Assembly (NCBI GenBank): GCA_965219685.1
Contig: CBDCOH010000002.1
Location: 3,936,001-4,000,000 of the forward strand
Length of the DNA: 64,000 nt
Direction of reading: 5' to 3'
DNA from: Candidatus Spongiisociaceae bacterium
Lineage (GTDB): Bacteria; Actinomycetota; Acidimicrobiia; Spongiisociales; Spongiisociaceae
In this document: positions 20,369-31,018 of the stretch, in pieces
How the letters are laid out: every line of letters begins with the position of its first letter
How positions within the stretch are numbered: position 1 is the stretch's first letter
The notes under the pieces: generated by a model
Told to the model about the DNA's origin: nothing
Seen by the model: only the letters and a program-made list of their open reading frames with translations
The model's database searches: none
Program-made: the position numbers and the translations under genes

Positions 20369-21871
20369 ATGAAGACCACACATGCCCCCATCCGAGCCCT
20401 GATAGCACTGGTTGCGGTCGTCGCCATCCTGGCGGGCGCCTGCAGCACCGAACCGACCGCTAGCCCGATAGACGAAGGTGGCCTGACCGCCGCGCCGACC
20501 ACAACGTCGTCACCGCCGGCCGATCCCGGACCCGAACCGCGCGTGGAGGACGATGACCCTCCGGAAGCCGGCGACGGGTGGATCGGCGGCGAGCCCGACT
20601 GGGACGGCGGCGACACGTCCGAGGAGTCATCCGCCGAGTACGAGGTGATGGCCGAGGAGGCTGCGGCGGACGAGGTGATGGTGGAACCGGAGATGGCGGA
20701 AGAGGCCGCAGCCGTCGACGTGACCGCTGCCCCCGCGGCAGAGGCCGCATCGGACGACGATTACCTGACGGAGGACGACGTGGCCTTCGAGTCCGATCAA
20801 CCGCAGGCGAAGCTCACCGGCGGGTCGATCGACGACAACGAACGCTTCGAGGACTACCTGGCCTACCGCGCCGACTTCTTCGGCCTGGGGATCCCCGTGC
20901 GCGATCTCGACCCCTCCGGGCGCATCGTGGTGACGGTCACCGGCCAGGACGGCCTTCCTGCCGCCCATGCCGAGGTCGTCGTGGCCGGGGAAGGGCTGGA
21001 GGTGAGCCTGCGGACCACCGCCGACGGCACGGTGCGCTTCCACCCCGAGGCGTACGAGGCCGGCGCCGGGCCGTTCACCGTGTCCGCCGGCAGTGCGAGC
21101 ACCACGGCCACCCGGGGCCAGGACGTCACCCTCGAGACCTCCCTGCCCACCGCCGCGGGCGAGACGGTCGCTCTCGACGTCCTGTTCCTCCTCGACGCCA
21201 CCGGCTCGATGGAGGACGAGATCCACCAGCTCAAGATCACCATCGACGAGGTGGCCCAGCGCATCCACCGGCTCCCCGGCGACGTGGACGTGCGCCTGGG
21301 CATGACCCTGTACCGCGACGAGGGCGACGCATTCCTAACCTCGACGTTCGACCTCACCCCCGACGTCGAGGCCTTCGCAGAGGCTCTCGCGGAGGTCGTG
21401 GCCGCCGACGGCGGCGACTATCCGGAAGCCCTCGACGAGGCGCTCGCCGCCGCCCTGTCTCAGCCGTCGTGGCGCTCACCCTCCGACACGGTCCAACTGG
21501 TCTTCCTGGTGGCCGACGCGCCCCCTCAGATCCTGCGGCAGGTGCCCGTGCCCTACACCGATTCGATGCGCGATGCAGCCGGCCGGGGCATCAAGATCTT
21601 CCCGGTGTCATCGTCCGGAACCGACGACCAGGCCGAGTTCGTGTTCCGCCAACTCGCCCAGTTCACCGGCGCCCGCTACGTGTTCCTCACCTACGGAGCC
21701 GGAGGCCGCGCCACCGGCGAATCCACCGACATCGACCAACGCGACTACGAGGAACTCTCCCTCGACGACCTCATAGTGCGACTGGTAGCCGAGGAACTTG
21801 CCGCCCTGGCAAGCCCGACAGATCCGGAACCCACCGCCGAGCCATCCGAGACATCCGAAGACGACCAGTGA
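20369..21871 (+). CDS. Lipoprotein with acidic linker and VWA domain
   Basis: LAGAC lipobox; DVLFLLDATGSM MIDAS; GGDYPEA. Confidence 0.9.
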   Translation: MKTTHAPIRALIALVAVVAILAGACSTEPTASPIDEGGLTAAPTTTSSPPADPGPEPRVEDDDPPEAGDGWIGGEPDWDGGDTSEESSAEYEVMAEEAAADEVMVEPEMAEEAAAVDVTAAPAAEAASDDDYLTEDDVAFESDQPQAKLTGGSIDDNERFEDYLAYRADFFGLGIPVRDLDPSGRIVVTVTGQDGLPAAHAEVVVAGEGLEVSLRTTADGTVRFHPEAYEAGAGPFTVSAGSASTTATRGQDVTLETSLPTAAGETVALDVLFLLDATGSMEDEIHQLKITIDEVAQRIHRLPGDVDVRLGMTLYRDEGDAFLTSTFDLTPDVEAFAEALAEVVAADGGDYPEALDEALAAALSQPSWRSPSDTVQLVFLVADAPPQILRQVPVPYTDSMRDAAGRGIKIFPVSSSGTDDQAEFVFRQLAQFTGARYVFLTYGAGGRATGESTDIDQRDYEELSLDDLIVRLVAEELAALASPTDPEPTAEPSETSEDDQ

Positions 21872-22019
21872 AGCAACCGAGCCCCCCGTTCACGGTATGA
21901 CCCGGTTCCTGGCGGACTCCGAAGCAGGCGAGATGACCGTAACCATCACCCATCGACCGGGTTTCCCGGAACCTGATCAGGAAGGGCCGCGGGTTCAACC
22001 GATCCTGACCATCGTTGCC

Positions 22020-22370
22020 AAGCGTAGAATCTGGCTGCTGCTGCCGACGAACGAACGGCGATCATCCACGCCATGAACCCTTGCAAGAGACCCTTGAAGG
22101 GTTGGTGGATCGAATGAGCAGGACAATGGAGGTACGGGCGAAGGCTCTGGAGGACTGGGCTGATCGCGTGGACCCGGCCGAGCTCAGGTTGGCCGACACC
22201 GAGGTGCTGCGGAGAATCGCTGCGCCGGCCCAGCGGCGCTCCGAGATCGAGGACGATCTGACCGCAGCAGTTCGCTCCGCGCGCCGGGCTCAGCACACTT
22301 GGTAAGAGATCGGAGCGATGCTCGGCGTTTCCAAGCAGGCCGCCCAAAGAACGTACGTGTCGAAGACATC
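22020..22370 (+). pseudogene. Ruined toxin 3' end plus HTH antitoxin
   Basis: ...AIIHAM toxin tail, then MSRTME...ARRAQHTW*EIGAMLGVSKQAAQ with in-frame TAA at 22303. Confidence 0.65.
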
Positions 22371-22781
22371 GGCGTGGTCCGCTGCCGACTGACGACGGAC
22401 GCCACCGTCGAACCGCCGCACTCACCGCCAGGCAGGCAGAGGCTGTCGAGTCGGACGGATGGATTTGCACGCGACCGCAGTGACCCGCCGGTTCCCTCCC
22501 CGTTCGGTCGCGGGCGAACGTGACGGTCGATCAGCACTCCCGCGCTCTAATCCACAATTTCTCACGCCGATAATCTCTGTTTCTCAGGACACCAAGCCGT
22601 GTTTTCGCCGCCACTGGCGGCTCGTCACCGCGGTTGCCAGCAACACGGCATCCCCGCGCCGGCATGAGCCGTGTTCTTGCGAACGTCTAGCCTCGGAACG
22701 GTGAGCGCCAGCGTCCGTTGAGGAAGCGGGGCGCGGCGAGTGGGCGTCAGTGGCTGCCACGCGGGCCGCCGAATAGTTGGT

Positions 22782-23105
22782 TCAGAGTCCGGTCAAGTCG
22801 GCTATGAGCTCTCGAATCTGTTGCAGCGCGACGGCTCCGATGTTCGTGCCCGTCGTGTCGACGACGCGGTCAACGCTGGTGGTCGTCGGCAGGTGCGCCT
22901 GGCCGACGCCGAAGCCGACGACATCAACCTCGCTCAACCATCCTCGCCGCGTGGTCGTGCAGGGTACGACCACGATCGCGTGTTGCCGGAACACGAGCAC
23001 GTCATCGGAAGTGACGATGATGGCCGGACGGACGAACCCAGGCTCGCCCCGCGACGGCGCCCCGAAATCGCAGCGGACTACATCACCCGCTCGCACCGGC
23101 GACAT
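22782..23105 (-). CDS. mazF: PemK/MazF toxin
   Basis: GDVVRCDFG.PSRGEPGFVRPAIIV...VVPCTT. Confidence 0.9.
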   Translation of the reverse strand: MSPVRAGDVVRCDFGAPSRGEPGFVRPAIIVTSDDVLVFRQHAIVVVPCTTTRRGWLSEVDVVGFGVGQAHLPTTTSVDRVVDTTGTNIGAVALQQIRELIADLTGL

Positions 23106-23304
23106 CGCTCGCAGACGCGTCGAGCACCGCCTTGTCGTCAGCATCGAGTGGGGCGCTTGCGAGCTGAGCACCGATGATGCGACGACGCTCCCGTCGCACC
23201 AGCTTCGCGATCTGTGCGTCGAAGGTGAGCCCCTCACGGTCGGCGAGCTCGCGGAGAGCGTCCCGCGTCCGCACTGAGACCTTGATAGTGGTCGACTTGG
23301 GCAT
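23083..23304 (-). CDS. Ribbon-helix-helix antitoxin cognate to MazF
   Basis: STTIKVSVRTRDALRELA; GGTATGCC direct repeat (23300-23319) at the start may be an operator. Confidence 0.8.
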   Translation of the reverse strand: MPKSTTIKVSVRTRDALRELADREGLTFDAQIAKLVRRERRRIIGAQLASAPLDADDKAVLDASASDVAGASG

Positions 23305-23395
23305 ACCTAGAGGCATACCACTCGCTCCCGGTACAAGCCGATATGGTCGAGCCTCAGGCTTCGAACAACACGCGGCAGTGGCGTGTCTGAGTGAT

Positions 23396-24193
23396 TCACA
23401 TGTCCCCTGCAGGTAGTCGAACCCGGCGGCAGGTCAGATGGGTGTGTTGACCGAGCGACGCGAAGGGTTCGGACCGACAGACCGCCTTCTCCAGTTCTAT
23501 GAGCTGAGCGAGCGCCTGGGGTCCACCCAGTTTGTCGACCACGTGATCGTGGAAGATCCGGATGCCCGCCCTCGCATTCACTTCCAGATCCTGCTCTTCG
23601 AGCCAGGAAACCACCATCTCGTTGTCCAGGGCGGTCGCACCTTCCCCCCACCCCCGCCTGCTCGGGCCGGTCCGGTAGTCCGCGAGGGCGGCTCCGAAGT
23701 CACCGGCGAGGGTTCGCTTGAGGAGCGAAGCGAAGCGGTTGTAGAACATCAGGGATAACTGACCTCCCGGCTTCACCAGGCGTGCCAGGTCTCCAACGGC
23801 AGAGCTCGGATCGTCGAGCCACTCGAGGACCGCATGACACAGAACCAGATCGAACCTCTCGTCCGCGACGTTCGCGTACCCCTGAATCGACATGTGGCGG
23901 AGGTCGATTGCGCCGGTGACTCCGGCCTCGGCGGCTCTCAAAGCCGCCTTGGAGAGCATCTCGTCGGAGACGTCGCACAGGACCACTGAATGGCCCAGTC
24001 CGGCCAGGCGCACCGCCATGTGACCGGATCCACCTCCGGCGTCGAGAATTCGCATCGGCTGATCAGCCAGGGCCGGCACATCTTCGTTCAGCACGCTCCA
24101 GAGGACGGCAAGCCTGACGGCGCCCTTCGTGGATCCATAGATGTCGGATTCGAACTCGTTAGCGATCCCATCGAAGCTGACATCACCCAACAT
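23396..24193 (-). CDS. cmoM: SAM-dependent methyltransferase, SmtA/CmoM family
   Basis: FDGIANEF...IYGSTKG, LDAGGGSG, CHAVLEW, LSLMFYN, GIRIFHD, EPF.SLG. Confidence 0.8.
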   Translation of the reverse strand: MLGDVSFDGIANEFESDIYGSTKGAVRLAVLWSVLNEDVPALADQPMRILDAGGGSGHMAVRLAGLGHSVVLCDVSDEMLSKAALRAAEAGVTGAIDLRHMSIQGYANVADERFDLVLCHAVLEWLDDPSSAVGDLARLVKPGGQLSLMFYNRFASLLKRTLAGDFGAALADYRTGPSRRGWGEGATALDNEMVVSWLEEQDLEVNARAGIRIFHDHVVDKLGGPQALAQLIELEKAVCRSEPFASLGQHTHLTCRRVRLPAGDM

Positions 24194-24251
24194 GGATCAC
24201 CTCACTTCCCCACTGCTCCCCCTCGATGCGTTCTTCCCTAGACGAGTAGTG

Positions 24252-24497
24252 CCGAGGGATCTGACCCGAAGCGACCGTACTCTACGATCGTTACACAACG
24301 CTGCACAAACACATCTGTACCTCGTGTGTATCTGTTCCTGGACTCGGACCCCGGGGCTGCCACTTCGTGAAGAGCCTCCCGCGGCGAAAAGGGAGACCCA
24401 AACAGTTCCATGGAGGATGTAAAATGATTCAATCTAATGTTAACCACCGATCACCAACTAACAACTATAGACTACCAACTAGGAACTAATCATCTAG
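24252..24497. repeat. About 200-bp dispersed non-coding element, copy 2, plus C/A-rich heptamer tail
   Basis: Homologous to 18240-18486. Confidence 0.85.
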
Positions 24498-24580
24498 TGT
24501 TCCCGGCCCGTCGAGTCGGCTATCAACCGCTGCGAGCAACTCGCCGATCCGGTCAGCAGTCAGTTTCCGGTTCTTGGAGT

Positions 24581-24988
24581 TCAATCCCAGGGGAGCCACC
24601 AGTCGGGGGTACCTTTGTCGAGCACTCGAAGGTGAAACCAGACCCTATGAACGGCACACGATGCGGCTGCGGGCTTCCGCACCCACCCCCCACAGGGCCT
24701 GTCGAAGGGTACATCGAATGGGATCACGTCGGTATCCGCGCGGTGGCTGAGCACCCAGTCCGGCACGGTCACGCCGTCGCGGTCTGCCAGGCAGTGAACG
24801 ACCGCCGAGATCGCGGGCAGCAGCATCTGGTCGTCTCCGTCACAGGAAGGAGCCTCGGCGACCAGTGCGGCCCGGTCCCTGGCAACATTCCAGTCCCGGA
24901 TGAACTGCAGGGCCCGGTAGGGGCTCAACCCGAGTCGAAGATCGAGGGCTCGGCCAATCTCTACCGGCTCCCAACGGAGACGGATCAA
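24581..24988 (-). CDS. Hypothetical protein, possibly an antitoxin C-terminal fragment
   Basis: LVAEAP...AVVHCLA.RDG..VPDW resembles HTH-antitoxin C-terminal domains; 5' end doubtful. Confidence 0.45.
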   Translation of the reverse strand: MIRLRWEPVEIGRALDLRLGLSPYRALQFIRDWNVARDRAALVAEAPSCDGDDQMLLPAISAVVHCLADRDGVTVPDWVLSHRADTDVIPFDVPFDRPCGGWVRKPAAASCAVHRVWFHLRVLDKGTPDWWLPWD

Positions 24989-25016
24989 CCTTGCAAGGCA
25001 ATCGGCGGACTCGGGC

Positions 25017-25409
25017 TTAGCTGTTCGGGACTTCGAAAGAGAACCAGTCGCCGGCCATCTTCAACACACCGCGTTGGATGATGTCACGGCCGTTCAGGAC
25101 GTCGTGATCGGGCCAGCCGGCGTGTGCTTCGAACGCCCACAGACGGAACGGCCGTAGCTCCTCACCCAGTACGAGGCTCATGACGATGCGATGCACGCGG
25201 TGGTCTCTGATCCCACTCACGGTATGAAGGGGCTGGATCAGCCTTGTGCGCAGGTCTAGGCGGTCGGCAACCTGCGGTGGAATCACGGAGATGCTCGCTC
25301 CGGTATCGAGGAGACCGTTCGCCTCGACTTCATCGCCGACTCCGAAGGGGGCGACACGGACTGGGATGAGTGCGCCGACTCGCAGATCATAGGAACCGCT
25401 AAACAACAC
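25017..25409 (-). CDS. Retropepsin-like (clan AA) aspartic protease
   Basis: LLDTGASISVIP ... VLNGRDII. Confidence 0.85.
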   Translation of the reverse strand: MLFSGSYDLRVGALIPVRVAPFGVGDEVEANGLLDTGASISVIPPQVADRLDLRTRLIQPLHTVSGIRDHRVHRIVMSLVLGEELRPFRLWAFEAHAGWPDHDVLNGRDIIQRGVLKMAGDWFSFEVPNS

Positions 25410-25671
25410 GCGAGTACCAGCCGAGGTCTACAGCTGTCTGGTCTCGCACTTCCTGGACAGAAAACCGCTCGTCGGGATACGTGTTCATGCCATCGTCGTA
25501 GGCGCTGTCCAGCGACTCGTACACAGCGATGACCCGGCCATCGCGCAGCAGTACCGACTTACCGGGGTCGGTTGTGAGGAGTCCGGGCAGATGTCTGTCG
25601 CAAAAGATCCTGTAGTTGTTGAGGGCCTGTTCTGCGGCCTCTTCCCGTGTCAGCACTCCGGTACTCCCCAT
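25399..25671 (-). CDS. Small DUF5678-like protein coupled to the protease
   Basis: GKSVLLRDGRVI..YES..SAY..G...Y...FSVQEV; overlaps the protease start. Confidence 0.7.
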   Translation of the reverse strand: MGSTGVLTREEAAEQALNNYRIFCDRHLPGLLTTDPGKSVLLRDGRVIAVYESLDSAYDDGMNTYPDERFSVQEVRDQTAVDLGWYSRVV

Positions 25672-25735
25672 TCCTCCCAGGCTGTAACCGACAATAGCAG
25701 TTGTCTATACATACTAGTATGGTTTTTTGACACGC

Positions 25736-27180
25736 TCACTCGAAGCGGCATGACCACGGCAAGGTCGGGCACGGTGTCCACGCATCCATCAGCGCGCTCC
25801 GGGAGGGTGCGGCTTCGATCCTCCCTGCGGGTGACCAGGCCGGGCTGTAGGCACCCCCAGCCAGCAGCCAGGATCCGGAACCCGCGACATCCACCACCCA
25901 CACCTCGGACTCGCCGTCGCATGTGGTGGAGTAGGCCAAACGGTCCCCGTCGGGTGACCATGCCAGAGCCCAACCGAAGTCGCCGGTCACCGGAAGGCGG
26001 TTGCTGCCGTCGGGATCCATCACCGTTACCGTCTTGTTCGTATAGGCGATCTGGTCCCCGCCCGGAGACCACACCGGACTCCAACCTATGGCCAGCCGTC
26101 GGGCGCACGCGCCTTCAGGATCCATCACTCAGACCTCGTTGGTGAAGTCGTCTGATCTTTCGAAGGCGATGCGGTTCCCGTCCGGAGACCAGCCCAGGTT
26201 CAGATCGCCGTAGCTGGAGTTCGGTCGCCAGTCGTAGGTGAGCCGCCGCCGGACACCGCTATCCGTTGCCGCCACCCAGACCGCCCCGCCATGCCCGGAG
26301 TAGGCGATGACGCGCTTGTCCGGTGACCAGGCGGGTTCCGAACCCCTGAGAGCCATCCGCCGGGCACCGGAGCCGTCCATGCCCATCACCCAGAGCCCCC
26401 TACCGCCCCCATCCGACCTGGTGTATGCGATCTGCCTCCCGTCCGGAGACCACACCGGTCCCGACCCGTCGGCGATCATCCGGTGACCGGCCGCATCCGC
26501 CACTCAAATCTCAGGCACGTTCTCGACATATCTGGTGTAGGCGATGCGCTTCCCGTCCGGCGACCACGCGGGATCCGATCCGGCGTCGGCGAGCAGCCGG
26601 GCGTCGGCGCCGTCCGAGCCCATCGTCCAGATCCCTCCGTCGTTGTAGGCGATCCGGGACCCGTCCGGGGACCACACCGGACCCCAACCCTCGGTCAGCG
26701 GTTGCCGGTTGGTGCCGTCCGCGTCCGCCACCCAGACCCCACCGCCATCCAACTCCTCGTGGGCGATGCGCTTCCCCTCGGGCGACCACTCCGGATTCGA
26801 ACCCTTCGCCAGCGGTTGCCGGTTGGTGCCGTCCGCGTCCATCACCCAGGTCCCACCGTCATCCAACTCTTCGTAGGCGATGCGTTTCCCCTCGGGCGAC
26901 CACTCCGGGCTAGAGCCGCTGGCGGCCACCCGCTCCGGGTTGGTGCCGTCCGCGTCGGCCGCCCAGATTCCGGCCGAGCCGGCATCCGGTCTCTCCCTGT
27001 TGTAGACGACAGTCCCGGAACCGAAAGCAGCCGTATCCCCCACCGGGACGGAAGTGTCGCCAGCCCTTTCCGGCGGACACGCGTCCTTGCCCGCCGCGCC
27101 ATCGGGCACCCCCACCAACCATCCCACCATCGTTGAGGCGGCCAGGAACCCAGCGAGCCATCTACAGCCAGGCTGCAGAA
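25736..27180 (-). pseudogene. TolB-like PD40 beta-propeller protein, disrupted
   Basis: About 9 P.WSPDG..IAY repeats; in-frame TGA at 26504 and 26129 replace repeat Trp; start lost at the junction with the ATPase. Confidence 0.88.
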
Positions 27181-27184
27181 TGCG

Positions 27185-28557
27185 TCCACACCGCTCTCAG
27201 TGAGCGATAGAACATGTCGCGATGCCCTGATTGTTCCGCCCGTCGAGACCAGGTTCAGTACTGCGATTGCCTTGACAAGTCGGTCTTCCGCTGGGGTGAG
27301 ACCATGGGAATCTCGGATCCGGACGGCTATTTCGGTCCAGCGGCTTGAGTGCTGTGCACCGATGCCGTTTGAAACGAAGTAGTCATAGACTGTCGCGAGG
27401 CCAACGGACGGCAGATGAGCCCCAGCCTGCCACTCGTGGGAGGTTAGGAACGATGAAGCGCTTCTGGAGTCAGGCCCTGCGAGGAACGAGAAGAGCGTCC
27501 TTTCGTGTTGCCCGTAGCGGCTGCACAACTCGGGGAGGACGAGAGCGGACAGAGGATGCAGGGGGTAGCAGGCAGCTATCCCTTGCGGTGTTGCTAGGTC
27601 ACCAACGCCAAGTGACCGTATCGCTTCGACATACCGCCCAGCCCACTGGTCAATCCGTTCTCGCAGCCTTGGGTCCGTGATCTCGAAAACGGTTCGAATG
27701 AGAGCGCGGGTTTGTGCTGGGGACTCAACAAAGGCTATGTCCTCGAACCGACCCTGGACCTTGGCCCACTCCCGACGCTGCGGTATGTCAGCGCCTCCGA
27801 GGTAGTCCTCGAAGGAGAGGTGCTGGAGCGTCAGCACGAAGATAGGAAGGCCAGCGGTGCTTTGGCCGGCCTCTGCCAACTGTTGGAGTAAGTATGGGTC
27901 AGCGTCAACGCCGTCGCGGAACGCTTCGAGGTTCTTACCGAACTCGTCGATGATCAACAGCAGCGGGGACTCTTCAGCAAGGCACCTGGCAATCTCGATG
28001 AGTGCTACGGGTGACGGACCGGACCGACGGGGGTCGTTGTCGGCGACATCTTCCAACGCTCCCCGGAGAGCGTCAGCAGCGGCGAAAGCTCCGCTTGAGG
28101 GGATCTCGCCGAATCTACGGAGAACGGCTGTGTGGAGTGCCCGAAGGATGGTGTGGCTGAGCGGTTCGCGCTCCGCGGTTACCAGTCCGCTAGAGAATCC
28201 TGACCTGTTGGTTTCGTAACGTTGATGGGCTTCACGCACCAGATTCCCCACAGCTGGGGATGTTTTGCCAACCAGGTCCAGCGCTAGGTGGCGGGTATCG
28301 GGAGGAGTGTTCCCGAACGCTGCGTCGAGGAGGAGCGCAAGCGATGACTTCCCTGATCCGTAGGGACCGGTAAGCGACCACGCCCCACCAGCCGGACCAG
28401 AGGCGGCGGCATGAGCGATCCTCTCTACTACGTCGAGGGCACGAGCGGTTACAACATATCCTTCAAGTGGCTCCGCACGCGTCGCGTCGCGCACCAGGTT
28501 GGCTGACCGAGCGAACCGCCCCGTCACAGCAACGCTTCCGGTCAGGGAAGGCATCAT
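27185..28557 (-). pseudogene. sspC: SspC-like P-loop ATPase, C-terminally truncated
   Basis: RFARSANL.RD, LTGPYGSGKSS, LIIDEFGK, EWAKVQGRF, CYPLHP, QHERTLFSFL; runs into TolB sequence after about 457 aa. Confidence 0.75.
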
Positions 28558-29621
28558 CGCCCGCCCATCGCCACGGGGGTACGACCGTACAGTTTGCGCA
28601 TCGCTTCGCTCGGGTTACGTCCGAGGCCCAATTCTTCCAAGAGATCGTCATCCACGGGTTGGTCCCCGTGATGGCCTGCCCGCACAACCGGCGGTTCAGC
28701 TTGGTAGTAATCGTTTAGTACTTCGACAGCGATCCGAGTCGGATCGGCACGCCACGACAGTTGCGAGACTCCGGTCGGTGTGATGAGGTCAACAGTGTCG
28801 GACCTTTCTAAGACAGGTTCCAAAGCCTGCTGAAGCTCGGCTTCTGTGAGCTTGAACACCCTTCCGGGTGCGCCCGATTCGTACGCCAACCGGCTCAGCG
28901 TCACTGTGTTACCACTAGTGCCGGTCCGGGCGACGTAGTCAAGCGCCGTGTAGCAGACAACCGCCGATGGCAGGCTGGGTTTTGGGCCGAGCGTGAATCG
29001 GAACCGTCCGGTAGCTTCTGAAACTTCGATCAGGTTCAGTTCCCGCAGCGGGCAATCCAAGATGTCGTCGATGCTTGTACGGGCCGAGCGTACCGGCGGA
29101 CCATAGGTCCGCAACAAGGCTCGCACGTCCTTCTTCCGAGATGTAGGATGCGGCATCTTCCAAGACGACACAGCCTCGAGGTGGGTTTCGATAGCCAGGT
29201 CGAGGTCAGCATCTTCGAACTCGACTGCGTCGAAGTTGTTGAACGCCAGCCACCAGACCGGCAATCTCGAGGGCGGTGCCATCAACAGCCAGTGCAAGAG
29301 CCACAACGTTCCCGGATCCTCCATGAAGCGATCCCATCCCATCTCCCCGAACAGGGCATGACCCATACGAGTAGGTATGATGCCGGGCGAGCGCCGGTTC
29401 GGTGCCTTCGGGTCCTCGACCAACAACTTGGCCGCGAGACCCCAGAAACGAATCGACCGAACCATGTTCTTGCCCACCCCGATCAGCACAGGCGCTTCAT
29501 GCTGACTGAACACAGCCGGATCCCTCGCCGCCGAAGCGTACGCCTTGCGGAACCACCCGTAACGAGGGTGGAACGTCTCATGACGAGCGAACATAGGCAG
29601 GGCTGCGTCAACAAGCCGCAT
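28554..29621 (-). CDS. sspB: DUF4007 protein (SspB-like nicking endonuclease)
   Basis: FARHETFHPRYGWFRKAY, GVGKNMVRSIRFW, D.FMEDPGTLWLLHW. Confidence 0.85.
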   Translation of the reverse strand: MRLVDAALPMFARHETFHPRYGWFRKAYASAARDPAVFSQHEAPVLIGVGKNMVRSIRFWGLAAKLLVEDPKAPNRRSPGIIPTRMGHALFGEMGWDRFMEDPGTLWLLHWLLMAPPSRLPVWWLAFNNFDAVEFEDADLDLAIETHLEAVSSWKMPHPTSRKKDVRALLRTYGPPVRSARTSIDDILDCPLRELNLIEVSEATGRFRFTLGPKPSLPSAVVCYTALDYVARTGTSGNTVTLSRLAYESGAPGRVFKLTEAELQQALEPVLERSDTVDLITPTGVSQLSWRADPTRIAVEVLNDYYQAEPPVVRAGHHGDQPVDDDLLEELGLGRNPSEAMRKLYGRTPVAMGGR

Positions 29622-30795
29622 CGATGTCCTCTCCGTAGGTCATACGACGAACATACGACACGGCAGTGACAGTCCTCTCAACCGCTGCATCGATGTCGTC
29701 GGGGGTCGTGAACCGGCCCAGGCTATACCTGATCGACTCGAACGCTGCGTCACGGTCGAGGCCCATCGCCACGAGCACCCCGGACGGTTCGATCGAACCA
29801 GAGCTACAAGCACTACCCGCCGACACCGCCACCGGGTCCATATTCACCAGGACAGCATCCGCGTCGGCACCTGCGAATCGTATGTTCGTGGTGTTCGGTA
29901 GTCGGCGTGTGGTGTCCCCGTTCTCATACATCTCTGGAACACGTTGCTGGAGAACACGTACTAGCCGATCTCGAAGCTGGCAGACCCGGCTGGATTCCTC
30001 GACGTGTTCGTCCGAGGCGATACGGGCCGCTGCGCCGAACCCCACCACCCCCGCAACGTTGATCGAACCTGACCGTAGCCCACGCTCGTGACCGCCGCCA
30101 TGGATGAGTGGGCACAAGCGTTCCATGCCACGACGTGTCCCGACCAGCGCACCCACCCCACCCGGACCGCAGATCTTGTGGCCGCTGAACGAAACCAGAT
30201 CCGCTCCGACAACGTCGAGCTCGAAACCGAGACGTCCCACCAACTGCGTTATGTCGCAGTGGAACAAGCCACCATATCGATGGACCTGTTCAGCGATCCC
30301 CGCCACCGGGTTCAACACGCCCGTCTCGCTGTTCGCTGCCACCGCGCATACCAGGAGCACATCCGGCCCCATCATGTCCCCCACCACGTCCGGATCCACG
30401 AAGCCTCCAGCGGTAACAGGAATCATTTCGACTTTCGCCAGGCCCTGTGCAGCCATCCAGCGCGCTGGTTCAAGAACCGACGCGTGTTCAGCCTCCGACA
30501 CCAGCACCCGTGACCGGCTGTCCTCCTTCCCTTCGACAATTCCGCGCAGGACGAGGTTGTTCGCCTCGGTCGCCCCGGCCGTGAACACCACCCGACCAGC
30601 CCTACCACCAACCAAGCCAGCGACCTGATCCCGTGCCTCCCGAACCATGGCAGCCTGGCGCCGCCCAAAACGATGCGCTGACGAGGCATTTCCCAAGCCT
30701 CCAACAAGGAGCGGCATCATCGCGTCGAGGACCCGCGGATCGAGCGGTCCGGATCCGTTGTAGTCGAGATACACCTCGGTCACAATGTGCTCCAC
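29608..30795 (-). CDS. Cysteine desulfurase (IscS/SspA/DndA-like)
   Basis: VYLDYN, SGHK PLP lysine, GGGHERGLRSG, SAGSACSS catalytic Cys; coupled to DUF4007. Confidence 0.93.
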   Translation of the reverse strand: MEHIVTEVYLDYNGSGPLDPRVLDAMMPLLVGGLGNASSAHRFGRRQAAMVREARDQVAGLVGGRAGRVVFTAGATEANNLVLRGIVEGKEDSRSRVLVSEAEHASVLEPARWMAAQGLAKVEMIPVTAGGFVDPDVVGDMMGPDVLLVCAVAANSETGVLNPVAGIAEQVHRYGGLFHCDITQLVGRLGFELDVVGADLVSFSGHKICGPGGVGALVGTRRGMERLCPLIHGGGHERGLRSGSINVAGVVGFGAAARIASDEHVEESSRVCQLRDRLVRVLQQRVPEMYENGDTTRRLPNTTNIRFAGADADAVLVNMDPVAVSAGSACSSGSIEPSGVLVAMGLDRDAAFESIRYSLGRFTTPDDIDAAVERTVTAVSYVRRMTYGEDIDAAC

Positions 30796-31018
30796 CCTAC
30801 AAAGAAGCCGAATGGACCGCCGACACTACACGACACCGGATCCCTGCAGTCCGAACGCTCCCGATCAGCCTCAGCAACGAGACCGAACACCCCTAGCCCT
30901 GACCAGCGGGACGGGTCGATGCCCCGGCTGTCCAGTGCCCACCGAAGCGGCGGCCGCGGCTTCGGAATCGGCCGGCTCCGCACTCCACTCTGTCCCCTTT
31001 CCATTAAGAGATGTCGGC

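Noticed and set aside
26842-28557. 571-aa ATPase as an intact gene or a real ATPase-TolB fusion
   Set aside because: The last roughly 114 aa are an out-of-frame read of the TolB pseudogene
29608-30795. Housekeeping IscS for Fe-S assembly
   Set aside because: Coupled to DUF4007 and the ATPase, with no isc/suf or mnmA neighbours
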